Positions 19,694 through 29,637 of a DNA stretch of 50,983 bases are shown here, piece after piece. Each line of letters starts with the position of its first letter. The first letter of the stretch is position 1. The notes beneath the pieces were generated by a model. That model made no database searches. It was not told the origin of the DNA and was given only the letters and a program-made list of their open reading frames with translations. The position numbers and the translations under genes were made by a program. The DNA is from Candidatus Latescibacterota bacterium. GTDB lineage: Bacteria; JAAXHH01; JABIQT01. The stretch lies in the NCBI GenBank assembly GCA_018667995.1, contig JABIQT010000051.1, forward strand, positions 1-50,983. The letters run 5' to 3'.

Positions 19694-22003
19694 ATGAATA
19701 GATTCAGGTGTTGCACACATCTCATGGGTGCCTTCGTTTTGCTGGGTATTACAGTCAATGTTCTGGCACAGTCCTTGTCTTCGTCCGGATTCTCGGAACA
19801 AATGGCTGTTGGACAGGAACTGCATGATCAGGAACTCTACGTTGAGGCATGTGAGGCCTATGAAAGAGCCATAGCCCTGCATCCCAAATCCTCCCCTGCC
19901 CATGTATTTCTGGGTAGGGCTCAATACGAGCTGGACCTCAATCGCGAGGCTCTTAAATCGTTTGAGAAGGCCGTAAAGCTAGACAGTAGATCGGTTGATG
20001 CTCACATTGGCGTAGGTCGTGCGAACCTGAGACTTGAGCGGCAACGGCTGGACGCGCGGGAGGCATTTCGGCGAGCCGGGAGGATCGACCCAGAAAATGC
20101 GGACATCGAGGACTATCTGGGAATGACGTACGTTAGCACGTTTGGAAGACGGCGCGAGCACGGCATCGACGGCAGACCCCATTTCCGAAAGGCCATTGAA
20201 ATCGATCCGCAACATGGCCAGGCATACTTTCATCTCGGTTTGACCTACGAAGTATCGCCATCCAAGAACTACCGAGAGGCTATCCCGTATTTTTTCAACC
20301 AACTTCTGGTCTCGCCCGATCACGTCGAGGCACTCGAACATCTGGCGGGTTGCCTGATGCGCACAAGAAGATTCGATGAGGGGGCCGCCATGATGGATCA
20401 AATAGCGATGCTGCCCGGCTCCGAAGACAATGCAGGGCTTCAGTCCGTGCGTGCACAGATGTATGCGCTAGCTCTAAGCAACGTAAAGGACTTTGCTGAA
20501 GCCCATATAATGTATGAGGAGTTCGTTGATGGTCTTGGATCCGAGGAACAACCCCTCTACAAGGATCTGACTTTCGTAGCCTCTGTAGAAACCGCGCTAC
20601 TGTTTGAGGAGGCAGGAGAATTCGACAAATCGGAAATGTGGCGAAAATTCTGGGCTGCACGCGATCCGGATCCCTCGACGTTGGTCAACGAGCGCCTGGT
20701 AGAGCACTATCGTCGCGTTCTCTATGCACGAACCAACTTCGCGTCGGCTCAGTTTCCCTGGGATCAACGTGGAGCCATCTATGTTCGATTCGGAGAACCG
20801 GATAACCGTCAGAATGTGGCGCAGCCGTTTCCCACCAAAGATGCGAAAGTTGAGTCTATCCGCGAAGTCAATCGTCAATTGAGGTACACACCCGACGAGC
20901 GAGGTTTCACGGAGAGCTGGGTGTATGTGCCCTATGGTATCGAGCTATTTTTCTCCGATCGTTTCGGAAACGGTAAGTTTGAATTCCCACCACTCACGAC
21001 GGATCCGAGGGTAAATCGTTTCCACCCGAAAACAATTGCAACTGAGTTGATCACACAACAGCCGGAGGGATACTTTTACGACTATGGCGGAGCTCCACTC
21101 GAGTTCATATTTGACGCAGTGACTTATCGCGGTGAGAACGGCGATACAGAGGTCGAACTGGCCTACACCGTCCCCGCTCGTCAACTCGGCCACGTGTCGG
21201 ATGGTCAAGGGGAGCGCACCTGGTTCAAGAGTTTTGTGGTATTGAGAGATCAGGAACTTCGAAGGGTCACGGAGACAATGAGGAACATTGGGCCCGTGGA
21301 GCGTCCACCCACCGAAGTGCCCAAGAGAAGCGCCAAAACCGTCGTAAGGACGGCGTCACTCTCTTTGCCAGCGCCTCCGGGATCCTACCGTACCTCAGTC
21401 GGTATCCGAGATTCTATATCTCAGCGCATCGGCATTTACGAAACACCCCTAACCGTTTGGGATTACAGTAGTAATGACCTCAATCTAAGCGACATCAAAC
21501 TGGCATTGGGGGTCACGCCTCGGAGTGACGACGGAGCCTTTGTGCGTCACGGCCACAAGATCATACCCAATCCGTCACGGTTATTCCAGCGCTCCCAACC
21601 GGTTTTCTTTTACTATGAGATCTACAACCTCCCCATGGATTCCGATGGCCGCACCCGCTATCGTACCGATCTTGAAATCTCCATGAAAGAACAGAAGATG
21701 AACATAGTCTGGCGTATTCTCTCCGGATTCGGGCGTCTTGTTCGGAAGGAAGATGAAGATAGCAGGACCGTTTTGATATCATACGACGGAGAGGGTACTA
21801 AATCAGATGAATACCTCTACACGTCTGTAGATACTGGAGATTCCCCATCAGGCAAGTACACGGTACAGCTCACAATCACTGACCTTCTCACCGGACAGAC
21901 CATATCAAGAAGTAGAGATTTCATTATTGTCGACGACGGGAGAAGACCGGTGATCGAAGAGGAATCACAGGTTGAGATGAAAGCATTGAACAAAAGCAAG
22001 TGA
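19694..22003 (+). CDS. Secreted TPR-repeat + GWxTD-like domain protein, paralogue 4
   Basis: Signal peptide (LMGAFVLLGITVNVLAQS), TPRs, and FWAARDPDPSTLVNERLVEHYRRV...PWDQRGAIYVRFGEPDN. Confidence 0.8.
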   Translation: MNRFRCCTHLMGAFVLLGITVNVLAQSLSSSGFSEQMAVGQELHDQELYVEACEAYERAIALHPKSSPAHVFLGRAQYELDLNREALKSFEKAVKLDSRSVDAHIGVGRANLRLERQRLDAREAFRRAGRIDPENADIEDYLGMTYVSTFGRRREHGIDGRPHFRKAIEIDPQHGQAYFHLGLTYEVSPSKNYREAIPYFFNQLLVSPDHVEALEHLAGCLMRTRRFDEGAAMMDQIAMLPGSEDNAGLQSVRAQMYALALSNVKDFAEAHIMYEEFVDGLGSEEQPLYKDLTFVASVETALLFEEAGEFDKSEMWRKFWAARDPDPSTLVNERLVEHYRRVLYARTNFASAQFPWDQRGAIYVRFGEPDNRQNVAQPFPTKDAKVESIREVNRQLRYTPDERGFTESWVYVPYGIELFFSDRFGNGKFEFPPLTTDPRVNRFHPKTIATELITQQPEGYFYDYGGAPLEFIFDAVTYRGENGDTEVELAYTVPARQLGHVSDGQGERTWFKSFVVLRDQELRRVTETMRNIGPVERPPTEVPKRSAKTVVRTASLSLPAPPGSYRTSVGIRDSISQRIGIYETPLTVWDYSSNDLNLSDIKLALGVTPRSDDGAFVRHGHKIIPNPSRLFQRSQPVFFYYEIYNLPMDSDGRTRYRTDLEISMKEQKMNIVWRILSGFGRLVRKEDEDSRTVLISYDGEGTKSDEYLYTSVDTGDSPSGKYTVQLTITDLLTGQTISRSRDFIIVDDGRRPVIEEESQVEMKALNKSK

Positions 22004-22046
22004 GCACTACCTGAATGTCCGTCCACCAGCTACAGGTACGGCCAAT

Positions 22047-24287
22047 ATGCACAAAACATCCTGCTTCCTGTTTGCCCTTCTACTGCTCCAACCGCCGGCA
22101 TCCCCTGCACAGGAGAGCGCCAGCTCTCTTTACGACATGGGTACACGTCAATATGCCGAGGGAGACTATGAATCGGCCCTTAGTTCGTTCAAATCGGCCA
22201 TTCGCGTAGACAAGTCCCTGCAGGATGCCCACTATTGGCTTGGTATGAGCCTATATCAGATGAGTGACTACCCCGCGGCCAGGAAGGAATTCATAGATCT
22301 GGGGGGGCTTAGGTCAGCTGAGAGCCGTGTTTTAAGGGCTTTGGGAGCAGTCTACCTGAAAGAACGAAATCGGGCATTTGAGGCGCTTGATGTGCTGCAC
22401 CGGGCCACACAGATTAGCCCCCTTGATGCGGAAGCACACTATCTCACAGGTCTGGCGTATCTCACCCTCATGAGCCGCGGTCCCGTAGCAGAACATCCCT
22501 ACGTGGACAAAGCCAGGAACGCATTCAATCGGGCGCTCGAACTCTCTCCCCGGCACTTTGATGCCTCCTATCGACTCGGTAAACTATACGAGGGTGAATC
22601 GATTCAAAACCGCTACATCCCAAACAAGACAGATTCCTTTTACACTATGAGCTTGCCCTTCGAGGGTAAGGCGCTCAACGTGATGAGTGCCATGGCCGCC
22701 TTTGATAGACAGTTGAAAAGCAATCCCGCGCATGTGGAAGCGAGGCATGCCCTGGCCACACTGAACAGTCGATTGGGCAACCACGCTACTGCAATCAGGT
22801 CTCTAGAGGGGTTGGCCCGGGCTGAGCCGGATAACGTGGTGCGGCTCCTGGATCTTGGAATCGCCTATTGGCGCGCAAAGGAGTGGGTTCTGGCCGAAGA
22901 GATCTTTGAACGAGTGGTCCCCAAACTTCCTGAGAATGAGCAGGAAATCTATAGGGACTTTGGCACATTCGTGAACCGGAAGTCTGCTGCCGAATACGAC
23001 AAGGCCAATGAGAGTGATCAGGCCGTTCAATGGCGGGATTTCTTTGCGTTGAGGGACCCGGTACCGGTTACCGAGGTGAATGAGCGATTGATCGAACACT
23101 ACGGTCGTGTGGCGTACGCCCGCCAGTCCTTCACAAGCAAGGGCGTGTTTCCCTGGGATCGCCGTGGCGATATTGTAGTCAGATACGGCTTGCCTGACCA
23201 CGTGGAATTCGGTAGCGGAATCACCGAGAATATGGAGACGGGCTCCACGCCGCTCTCCATGCGAAACTGGGGTGAATCATGGGTATATGTCCACGTGCCA
23301 ATGACCTTGTATTTCGAGAATCGGCAATTTTCACGCCGCTACGACTTTCCGCCCATTTTTGCGGGCGACGGTATCAACTATGACCATCCCTATTTTGTGG
23401 CCAGACAGACCATCGAGAGGACGCCATCTCTGCACATACCCCGTGAACTTGGCGCGCCACTTGAAATCCACGTGGACCCTGTAGCGTTCAGGGATGCGAA
23501 CGGCGATGCAGTACTTGAGCTGGCCTATGGTGTTTCGCGGGAAGAAACAGGAATAACAGAGGCTGGAATGGTAGACCGAGCACTTGACCTCGGTGCGGTG
23601 CTTTATGGCCCCGAATGGGACCGCACCGTCGTAGATTCTACTTGGTCTCCTCTCTTCGTGGCCGGTAACGATAGAGGCACTATCTCAGCTATCGCCGTAC
23701 AGGAGCTTCGTGCCGATCCTGGTGCGTACTGGATGGCTGCGCAGGCACATGATAGACAATACGGGCTGTACGGCGTGTTGCGCGACTCGGTTGTAGTGCC
23801 TGATTTCTCCCGTGCCGGTGTCAAAATGAGTGGCATTCGTCTGGCTATTGAAATGGCTCGGGAGGTCGAGGATCGTGCCATTGATATGAAATTACCTGAC
23901 CGATTGGCCCCTAATCCTACCCGGTTATTTTACCGTGCAACTCCCTTGCATTTCTACTTTGAACTCTACGATCTATCCTTAGGCGAGGACAGCCTGGCGC
24001 GATTTCAGGTTCAAGTGAGTTTACACCCCAGTGAAGAATCCATGACAAGCCGCAATATAATCTGGCGGATGCTCTCCAGGGCCGAGACCATATTCAGACG
24101 TGCTCGCCAAAAACAGGTGGTAACATTCATGTTCGAGGAACGCAGTGAGTCACCCATGACCTCTTGGGTGTCAGCGATTGACACATCCGATCTGACCCTG
24201 GGCAACTACCGGCTCGAGGTCTTTGTGACAGATCTGACTAGTGGCGCGACCGTGTCACAGGGTCAGATGTTTCGGGTGGCGAAATGA
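22047..24287 (+). CDS. Secreted TPR-repeat + GWxTD-like domain protein, paralogue 5 (most divergent)
   Basis: Signal peptide (CFLFALLLLQPPASPAQE), TPRs, and FFALRDPVPVTEVNERLIEHYGRV...PWDRRGDIVVRYGLPDH. The C-terminal blocks are recognisable but diverged (HFYFELYDL). Confidence 0.75.
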   Translation: MHKTSCFLFALLLLQPPASPAQESASSLYDMGTRQYAEGDYESALSSFKSAIRVDKSLQDAHYWLGMSLYQMSDYPAARKEFIDLGGLRSAESRVLRALGAVYLKERNRAFEALDVLHRATQISPLDAEAHYLTGLAYLTLMSRGPVAEHPYVDKARNAFNRALELSPRHFDASYRLGKLYEGESIQNRYIPNKTDSFYTMSLPFEGKALNVMSAMAAFDRQLKSNPAHVEARHALATLNSRLGNHATAIRSLEGLARAEPDNVVRLLDLGIAYWRAKEWVLAEEIFERVVPKLPENEQEIYRDFGTFVNRKSAAEYDKANESDQAVQWRDFFALRDPVPVTEVNERLIEHYGRVAYARQSFTSKGVFPWDRRGDIVVRYGLPDHVEFGSGITENMETGSTPLSMRNWGESWVYVHVPMTLYFENRQFSRRYDFPPIFAGDGINYDHPYFVARQTIERTPSLHIPRELGAPLEIHVDPVAFRDANGDAVLELAYGVSREETGITEAGMVDRALDLGAVLYGPEWDRTVVDSTWSPLFVAGNDRGTISAIAVQELRADPGAYWMAAQAHDRQYGLYGVLRDSVVVPDFSRAGVKMSGIRLAIEMAREVEDRAIDMKLPDRLAPNPTRLFYRATPLHFYFELYDLSLGEDSLARFQVQVSLHPSEESMTSRNIIWRMLSRAETIFRRARQKQVVTFMFEERSESPMTSWVSAIDTSDLTLGNYRLEVFVTDLTSGATVSQGQMFRVAK

Positions 24288-26665
24288 CCCGGGCTGCCCA
24301 CTTGCTCATAGACATATGCCTACCAGTTGTCGGTAGTGCCGTCCTACTATTCACGGGTACTATCGTAATGGCCCAGGAACCACTGAGTGCCAGCATTGAC
24401 AATTATTTAGAGGCTGGCCGGGCCATGTATCTCTCAGAACGTTATTCTGAAGCCGAGATTCTCTTTCGCCAGGCGGTGAGCGAGGACGATGATTCAGCCG
24501 TAGGCAGATACTGGCTCGGTATGTCGCTTTACAAGCAAGACATGGACGACCAGGCTCTCAAACAGTTCCAACGAGCCACACGCATCGAAAGCGACTGGGC
24601 GCAGGGGTACCTCGGTGTGGGCCTGGTCTACTTGCGCAAGCCAAACCGAAAAATGGATGCCCGGGAAATGCTGCGAAGTGCTGCCAAACGGGCTCCCGAC
24701 GATGCACAGATTCAGTACTACCTCGGGATGACATTTGTCAGCGCCAACGGTCAGGGGCGGATTATCGGCGCTGACATGGATGGTCGGGACTACTTTCAAA
24801 AAGCGGTAGCCCTGAATGCTCAACACCCTGACGCGTACTACCAGTTGGGACTGTCTTCGGAATACCCGCTTCGGGAGTACGACCGAGCCCTCTTCTTCTA
24901 CTTCAAGCAGCTGACTGTGGCGCCGGCGCATGGTGAAGCGCTGACACGGCTGGGACACGTGACCTATATTCTGGGACGTCACAGGGAGGGGCTGGAGATG
25001 ATAGATCAGCTCATCGCTCTCCACGGATCTGATGCTGCAGATCGCTTCCATACCGTCAGAGCACAGATGGCGGCATCACATCTTCATAGTCAACAAGATT
25101 ACGCGGGCGCAGATATCCAATATCGAAACTATATCGGCGCTATCGGTGCGGGGGAACGTGCGTACTACGCGGATATCCAATTTGCGTCTCCCCCGGAAGT
25201 ATATCAGAGAATTCTAAATGCGGAGAGGGAGGAACGGGAGATACTCAATCGTAATTACTGGGCCTCACGGGATCCGAATCCAGCAACGGTAGTCAATGAG
25301 CGTTTACTAGAGCATTATAGACGCGTCATGTTCTCTCGAATTCACTTTTCCGCAGGCAAAGCCCCCTGGGATCGGCGAGGGGAGATGTATATCCGGTATG
25401 GGGATGCTGATGATAGACAGCGATTTCTGGGTGGATCAAATGAAGCAGATGCATTTATGTCGGGTGGCGGCGTCAATCTCAATTCAGTTCGAGAGCTAGG
25501 AGCTGGACCGAATGTGCCAGTCTCCGAGCATGATTTTATCATGCCGACCGGAAAGGCAGACGTGGACGCTGTGCGTGACCTGAACCGCGAGTTCCGATAT
25601 CGGCTGCGGGCACGCGGCGCTCATGCCACGGAAAGCTGGGTATATGTACGGCATGGCCTGGAGTTCTTCTTCGTAGACCAGCGTGGAAACGGCGAGTTCG
25701 ACTATCCTGATATTATGATGGATCCCACGGCTCTTGTCAGTTTGACGGGTGGTGCCCGCCAGGAACGTTTCCATCCTGAAACGGTAGCGGAGCTACTTAT
25801 CGCGAAAACCCCTGAGGATTACCGCCATGATTTTGGAGGTGACTTGCTTCAGTTCGTATTCGACACCGTAACGTTCCGAGGAGTAGGTGGAAAGACTGAC
25901 GTGGAGTTGACCTACAGTATTCCAAGCTGGCAATTTGGTTCCGTACAGGATGGAATGGGTCTGCGGACGTGGCTTCAAAATAGCGTAACGCTACGTGACG
26001 ATGACCTGACTCCGATAATTGCTCACGCCGAGCGTTTCGGTCCCATTGAACGGCCTACGAGGCCACAGGTGCGGCGAAATAACAACGTGGCACTCCATAG
26101 TGTCGCGGTCTCCTTTGAAGCGCCACCTGGCATTTTTGAAACAGGTGTCGAGCTACAGGACGAGGCCACACGACTTGTGGGCGTGTTCAAGAAGAGCACC
26201 GAGGTGTCCGACTACAGCGGCGACAGCCTGTTAGTGAGCGATCTAAAGCTCTCAAGCTTTATTGAGAAAGACGATGGCGCAGGACAGTTTGTACGTGGTG
26301 GATTCCAAATTGCCCCGAATCCGGGCCACCTATTCCAGCGCAATCAGCCTGTATATGTTTACTATGAGATATACAACCTGACGGTTGACGAGGTCGGTGA
26401 TACCCGATTTGAGACTATTTACGAGATTACACCCAAGGGGCGTATTATGAGAGACCGAGAGCAGCCATCAGAAATTGAAGACGATCCTATTCTTCTCATG
26501 TTTGAAGACGGGGGATCAACGCCGGTAGAAAAGCGGTATGCCGCCCTCGACACGAGCGATCTCCCCGAGGGCGAGTATGCCATGACTATGACGATGAGGG
26601 ATCTCGCCACGGGTCAGACTGTCTCCAAAGCTACAAGCTTTGTCATAATTGGAAACAGGGAGTAA
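24284..26665 (+). CDS. Secreted TPR-repeat + GWxTD-like domain protein, paralogue 6
   Basis: The start overlaps the stop of paralogue 5 (ATGA at 24284-24287). Hydrophobic N-terminus, TPRs, and YWASRDPNPATVVNERLLEHYRRV...PWDRRGEMYIRYGDADD. Confidence 0.8.
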   Translation: MTRAAHLLIDICLPVVGSAVLLFTGTIVMAQEPLSASIDNYLEAGRAMYLSERYSEAEILFRQAVSEDDDSAVGRYWLGMSLYKQDMDDQALKQFQRATRIESDWAQGYLGVGLVYLRKPNRKMDAREMLRSAAKRAPDDAQIQYYLGMTFVSANGQGRIIGADMDGRDYFQKAVALNAQHPDAYYQLGLSSEYPLREYDRALFFYFKQLTVAPAHGEALTRLGHVTYILGRHREGLEMIDQLIALHGSDAADRFHTVRAQMAASHLHSQQDYAGADIQYRNYIGAIGAGERAYYADIQFASPPEVYQRILNAEREEREILNRNYWASRDPNPATVVNERLLEHYRRVMFSRIHFSAGKAPWDRRGEMYIRYGDADDRQRFLGGSNEADAFMSGGGVNLNSVRELGAGPNVPVSEHDFIMPTGKADVDAVRDLNREFRYRLRARGAHATESWVYVRHGLEFFFVDQRGNGEFDYPDIMMDPTALVSLTGGARQERFHPETVAELLIAKTPEDYRHDFGGDLLQFVFDTVTFRGVGGKTDVELTYSIPSWQFGSVQDGMGLRTWLQNSVTLRDDDLTPIIAHAERFGPIERPTRPQVRRNNNVALHSVAVSFEAPPGIFETGVELQDEATRLVGVFKKSTEVSDYSGDSLLVSDLKLSSFIEKDDGAGQFVRGGFQIAPNPGHLFQRNQPVYVYYEIYNLTVDEVGDTRFETIYEITPKGRIMRDREQPSEIEDDPILLMFEDGGSTPVEKRYAALDTSDLPEGEYAMTMTMRDLATGQTVSKATSFVIIGNRE

Positions 26666-26685
26666 TTTGAACCCCTTCTACTGTC

Positions 26686-28500
26686 TCAACGATAGTAGTG
26701 AGCCTGAGTCTCAAACAGCTGTTTGTACAGCCCTCCCTGGGCCATAAGCTCCTCGTGCGATCCGGACTCGCAGATGCTTCCCTGATCCATAACGTAAACG
26801 CGATCCACCATACGGACCGTAGACAACCGATGACTGACCAGCACTGCCGTACGGCCTTTGGTCAATTCGTGGAATTTCTCAAACACGCGAAACTCGGCTC
26901 GTGGATCAAGCGCACTGGTAGGCTCATCCAACACGATGATCTGTGATTCACGCAGAAACGCCCTGGCTAACGCGATCTTCTGCCACTGCCCAATGCTGAG
27001 CTGCTCGCCTTCTTCGAAGAGATACCCGAGGACCGTGTCGTACCCGGACGGGAGCTGGGAGATTATCTCATCAGCGTCCGCCTGCCGGGAGGCCCGTTCG
27101 ATTCGATCCTGATCTGGTTCCTGAGCGACATTACCGAACCAGATATTTTCCTTTGCCGTCATGTCATATTGTGCGTAATCCTGAAAGACCACGCTCATTT
27201 CTTTCCGCCAGTCCACGGAGTTGATGGCCCTGAGGTCTACACCATCGATTGCCACCGATCCGTCCGTGGGATCGTAGAGTCGGCACAGCAACTTAACCAG
27301 GGTCGTCTTGCCTGAACCATTTTCGCCGACCAGTGCTACGTGCTCACCCGGTTTAATCACCATGGAAATATCGCTCAGGGCCTGGCGGGTGCTGCTCGGA
27401 TAGCTGAAGCCAACGTGGTCAAGGACAATACCATCCAGATACGGCCGGGGTACCGATTCTGGTCGTTCCGGTTCCATGACCTTCTTTTCTAGGTCCAGAA
27501 ACTGATAGAGGTTGGTCAGAAATAGGTTGTCTTCATACAAACCGGCGACACCGGATAGCATCTCACGAAGCGCGCCCTGTCCCTGGCGCATTGCCTGAAA
27601 GAGCATCACGAGATCCCCTACCGAAATGACGCCTTGAACGGTACGATACGCAATGAAGGCATAGGACCCAAAAACTGCTACCGTGGCGCTTCCTTGAGCC
27701 ACGAACTCAAAGAGCGATCGCCGGGCGTTTATAGTCAGCTTTTCGCGCCGCAGATTCCGACGAAGATCCCTAAAGCGTCCTATGAATACAGAGCCAAGAT
27801 CAAATAGGCGCACTTCCTTGGCAAATTCGGCGCCCGTGAGTAGGAAATCATAGTAATCGGCGCGGCGCTCCGTGGAGGTACGCTTGTTCTGCCACTCAAA
27901 CATGCGCCCAGCAAAAACCATCCGTACGATAATGCCTGGAACAACAGCCACAACGAGCACACCCATGATCGCCCAGTGAAACGTGAACAGCAGACCGGCC
28001 ATAGCGAACATCGTAATGCCGCTCTGGCCAATCGCCATCAGCCCCTCAACGATCTGATATGGTCTGGAAATGGCCTCCGCCTGGGCCCTTTGAAGGGTAT
28101 CGTGATACTCTGAATTTTCATAGTATTCAAGATCGGCCTCTACAGATTTCGCATGAATAATGCTCTGTACATGGTCTACTACTCGCTCGCTTTGTTCTTG
28201 CCGCACAACATCGGCCACAGAGCTCAATCCTGCACCAATCAGCGATACCAATCCTGCCAGGATAATATACCACAGAACCTGCCTATAGGCCACCTCGGTG
28301 TCTGCCTCCAGGCCGATAGAGACCGTATCTACTATGAGCTTCATAAGGTACAGTGACGCCAATGGAAGCACGCCCTGGAGAACGACCAGTACCGCACCCA
28401 CCATGGTCCAGGTTCGCCCACTATCCCATACGAGTCGGACGGCGCGCTCCACACGCACAGTATAAAACAGTTTTCCCCTCAGGGATTCGTGATCTTCCAT
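26686..28500 (-). CDS. ABC exporter, fused permease + ATPase (lasso-peptide McjD-like), copy 2
   Basis: N-terminal multi-TM domain plus NBD (Walker A GENGSGKTT, signature LSIGQWQK, Walker B IIVLDEPTSALD, H-loop SHRLST). The start is set at ATG 28500 because MEDHESLRGKLFYTVRVERAVRLVWDSG aligns with the N-terminus of copy 1. The ORF is open to 28566. Confidence 0.85.
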   Translation of the reverse strand: MEDHESLRGKLFYTVRVERAVRLVWDSGRTWTMVGAVLVVLQGVLPLASLYLMKLIVDTVSIGLEADTEVAYRQVLWYIILAGLVSLIGAGLSSVADVVRQEQSERVVDHVQSIIHAKSVEADLEYYENSEYHDTLQRAQAEAISRPYQIVEGLMAIGQSGITMFAMAGLLFTFHWAIMGVLVVAVVPGIIVRMVFAGRMFEWQNKRTSTERRADYYDFLLTGAEFAKEVRLFDLGSVFIGRFRDLRRNLRREKLTINARRSLFEFVAQGSATVAVFGSYAFIAYRTVQGVISVGDLVMLFQAMRQGQGALREMLSGVAGLYEDNLFLTNLYQFLDLEKKVMEPERPESVPRPYLDGIVLDHVGFSYPSSTRQALSDISMVIKPGEHVALVGENGSGKTTLVKLLCRLYDPTDGSVAIDGVDLRAINSVDWRKEMSVVFQDYAQYDMTAKENIWFGNVAQEPDQDRIERASRQADADEIISQLPSGYDTVLGYLFEEGEQLSIGQWQKIALARAFLRESQIIVLDEPTSALDPRAEFRVFEKFHELTKGRTAVLVSHRLSTVRMVDRVYVMDQGSICESGSHEELMAQGGLYKQLFETQAHYYR

Positions 28501-28505
28501 AGGTT

Positions 28506-29600
28506 TCAGGTTGGGGTGCGGCGGGAGCCGAGGTCTGTTCCGAGATTGTGAATACCATCGTACCATCCGGCCTTCGCGAGCTTGCGGCTACGCCAGATAA
28601 ACAGCATCTTTTGAAGGATCTGGTCCCACCTATACACAGCGCCAGGTAGTAAGGCAGAGGCGCTTGTTGTCCGGCCCATAATCCGTCTCCCACTGTGCAT
28701 TTCTGCAAGATTTGAGAAGGACTGACGCCCCACCAGATATGCAATCGCCGCGGACCGCACGGAATTTACCCGCAGATCCGAAAGCAGCGACTCGGGAATC
28801 TGGCAGTCCATATACTTTCCGGCTACATAAAGTGCCGTATACACGATATTCTCGCACTTGCACGATCGTGCCAATGGAACGATTCGGGAGTAGTCCAGAT
28901 CCTGATCGTTCAAGTAGGTAACTGTTTCGGTCACATCACAGAGGTTCTTCAGTGAAAAGAATCTCTTCCGAAAACTGTTTATACATACCGACAGGAGCAT
29001 GTCTTCAGGCGAAGGCACAAACACCAGGGAATCCCCGTGCGCAAACTGCTGCGCCCGATCCCAGATCTGGTTGAAGTCGATGGGCAAGAGCCCGTTAAGA
29101 TTCAGGTCATGGTGCTCGAAGTAGTCATGTTCAATGAGTGGCCGGAACAGGTCGACGATTTCCTGGTCACTGGTATCTGTAAGATCCTGCTTCCGTACGT
29201 TGAGGATGATGTCTATATCTTCAGAGAGGGTATACCATGGTTCGTCATAAACGAGGAGGTCGAGCGCGGCGCCCTTAATCAGCATTACACCAATATCACG
29301 GGCATCGAAATATGCCAGGGCCTCGCTCAGAATCTCATCCCTGGCTTTTGTTATGTCCATGCTCTGCTGGCGGGACATCATCCAGCGTGCCAGCATTTCG
29401 TGCGGGAGAGTCAGTCCGTCACTCAGACAACTCAACAGATTGTGTGCGACCAGCGGTGCCACGCCATGCACAAATGCGGTCTCATAGACATAGTCCCATT
29501 GGATCCGATGATCCTTGCAGATTGACACGGCCCTGGCACGGCGGACATCCGTAAATCTCTGGCCTGTTAAGGTAAAGAGAAGCCGATCTTCTGGTAACAT
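28506..29600 (-). CDS. Uncharacterised nucleotidyltransferase family protein (PF14907 / NTP_transf_5-like)
   Basis: 364-aa ORF with the family pattern: WDYVYETAFVHGVAPLVAHNL near the N-terminus and VMLIKGAALDLLVYDEPWYTLSEDIDIIL (a DxD-type nucleotidyltransferase core). From memory, this family recurs in lasso/PqqD-containing RiPP loci. Confidence 0.7.
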   Translation of the reverse strand: MLPEDRLLFTLTGQRFTDVRRARAVSICKDHRIQWDYVYETAFVHGVAPLVAHNLLSCLSDGLTLPHEMLARWMMSRQQSMDITKARDEILSEALAYFDARDIGVMLIKGAALDLLVYDEPWYTLSEDIDIILNVRKQDLTDTSDQEIVDLFRPLIEHDYFEHHDLNLNGLLPIDFNQIWDRAQQFAHGDSLVFVPSPEDMLLSVCINSFRKRFFSLKNLCDVTETVTYLNDQDLDYSRIVPLARSCKCENIVYTALYVAGKYMDCQIPESLLSDLRVNSVRSAAIAYLVGRQSFSNLAEMHSGRRIMGRTTSASALLPGAVYRWDQILQKMLFIWRSRKLAKAGWYDGIHNLGTDLGSRRTPT

Positions 29601-29637
29601 GACCTAACTCCAGACGCACTGATTCCCGACTCCGTGT

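Noticed and set aside
28501-28566. Longer start for ABC exporter copy 2, overlapping the nucleotidyltransferase gene by 61 nt
   Set aside because: The extra 22 residues (MVRWYSQSRNRPRLPPHPNLKP) have no counterpart in copy 1. The alignment of the two paralogues begins at the Met at 28500.
28846-28880. Sigma-54-like TGGCAC...TGCAA on the minus strand
   Set aside because: The GG-to-GC spacing is one nt short of the canonical -24/-12 geometry. The site also lies inside the nucleotidyltransferase coding sequence.
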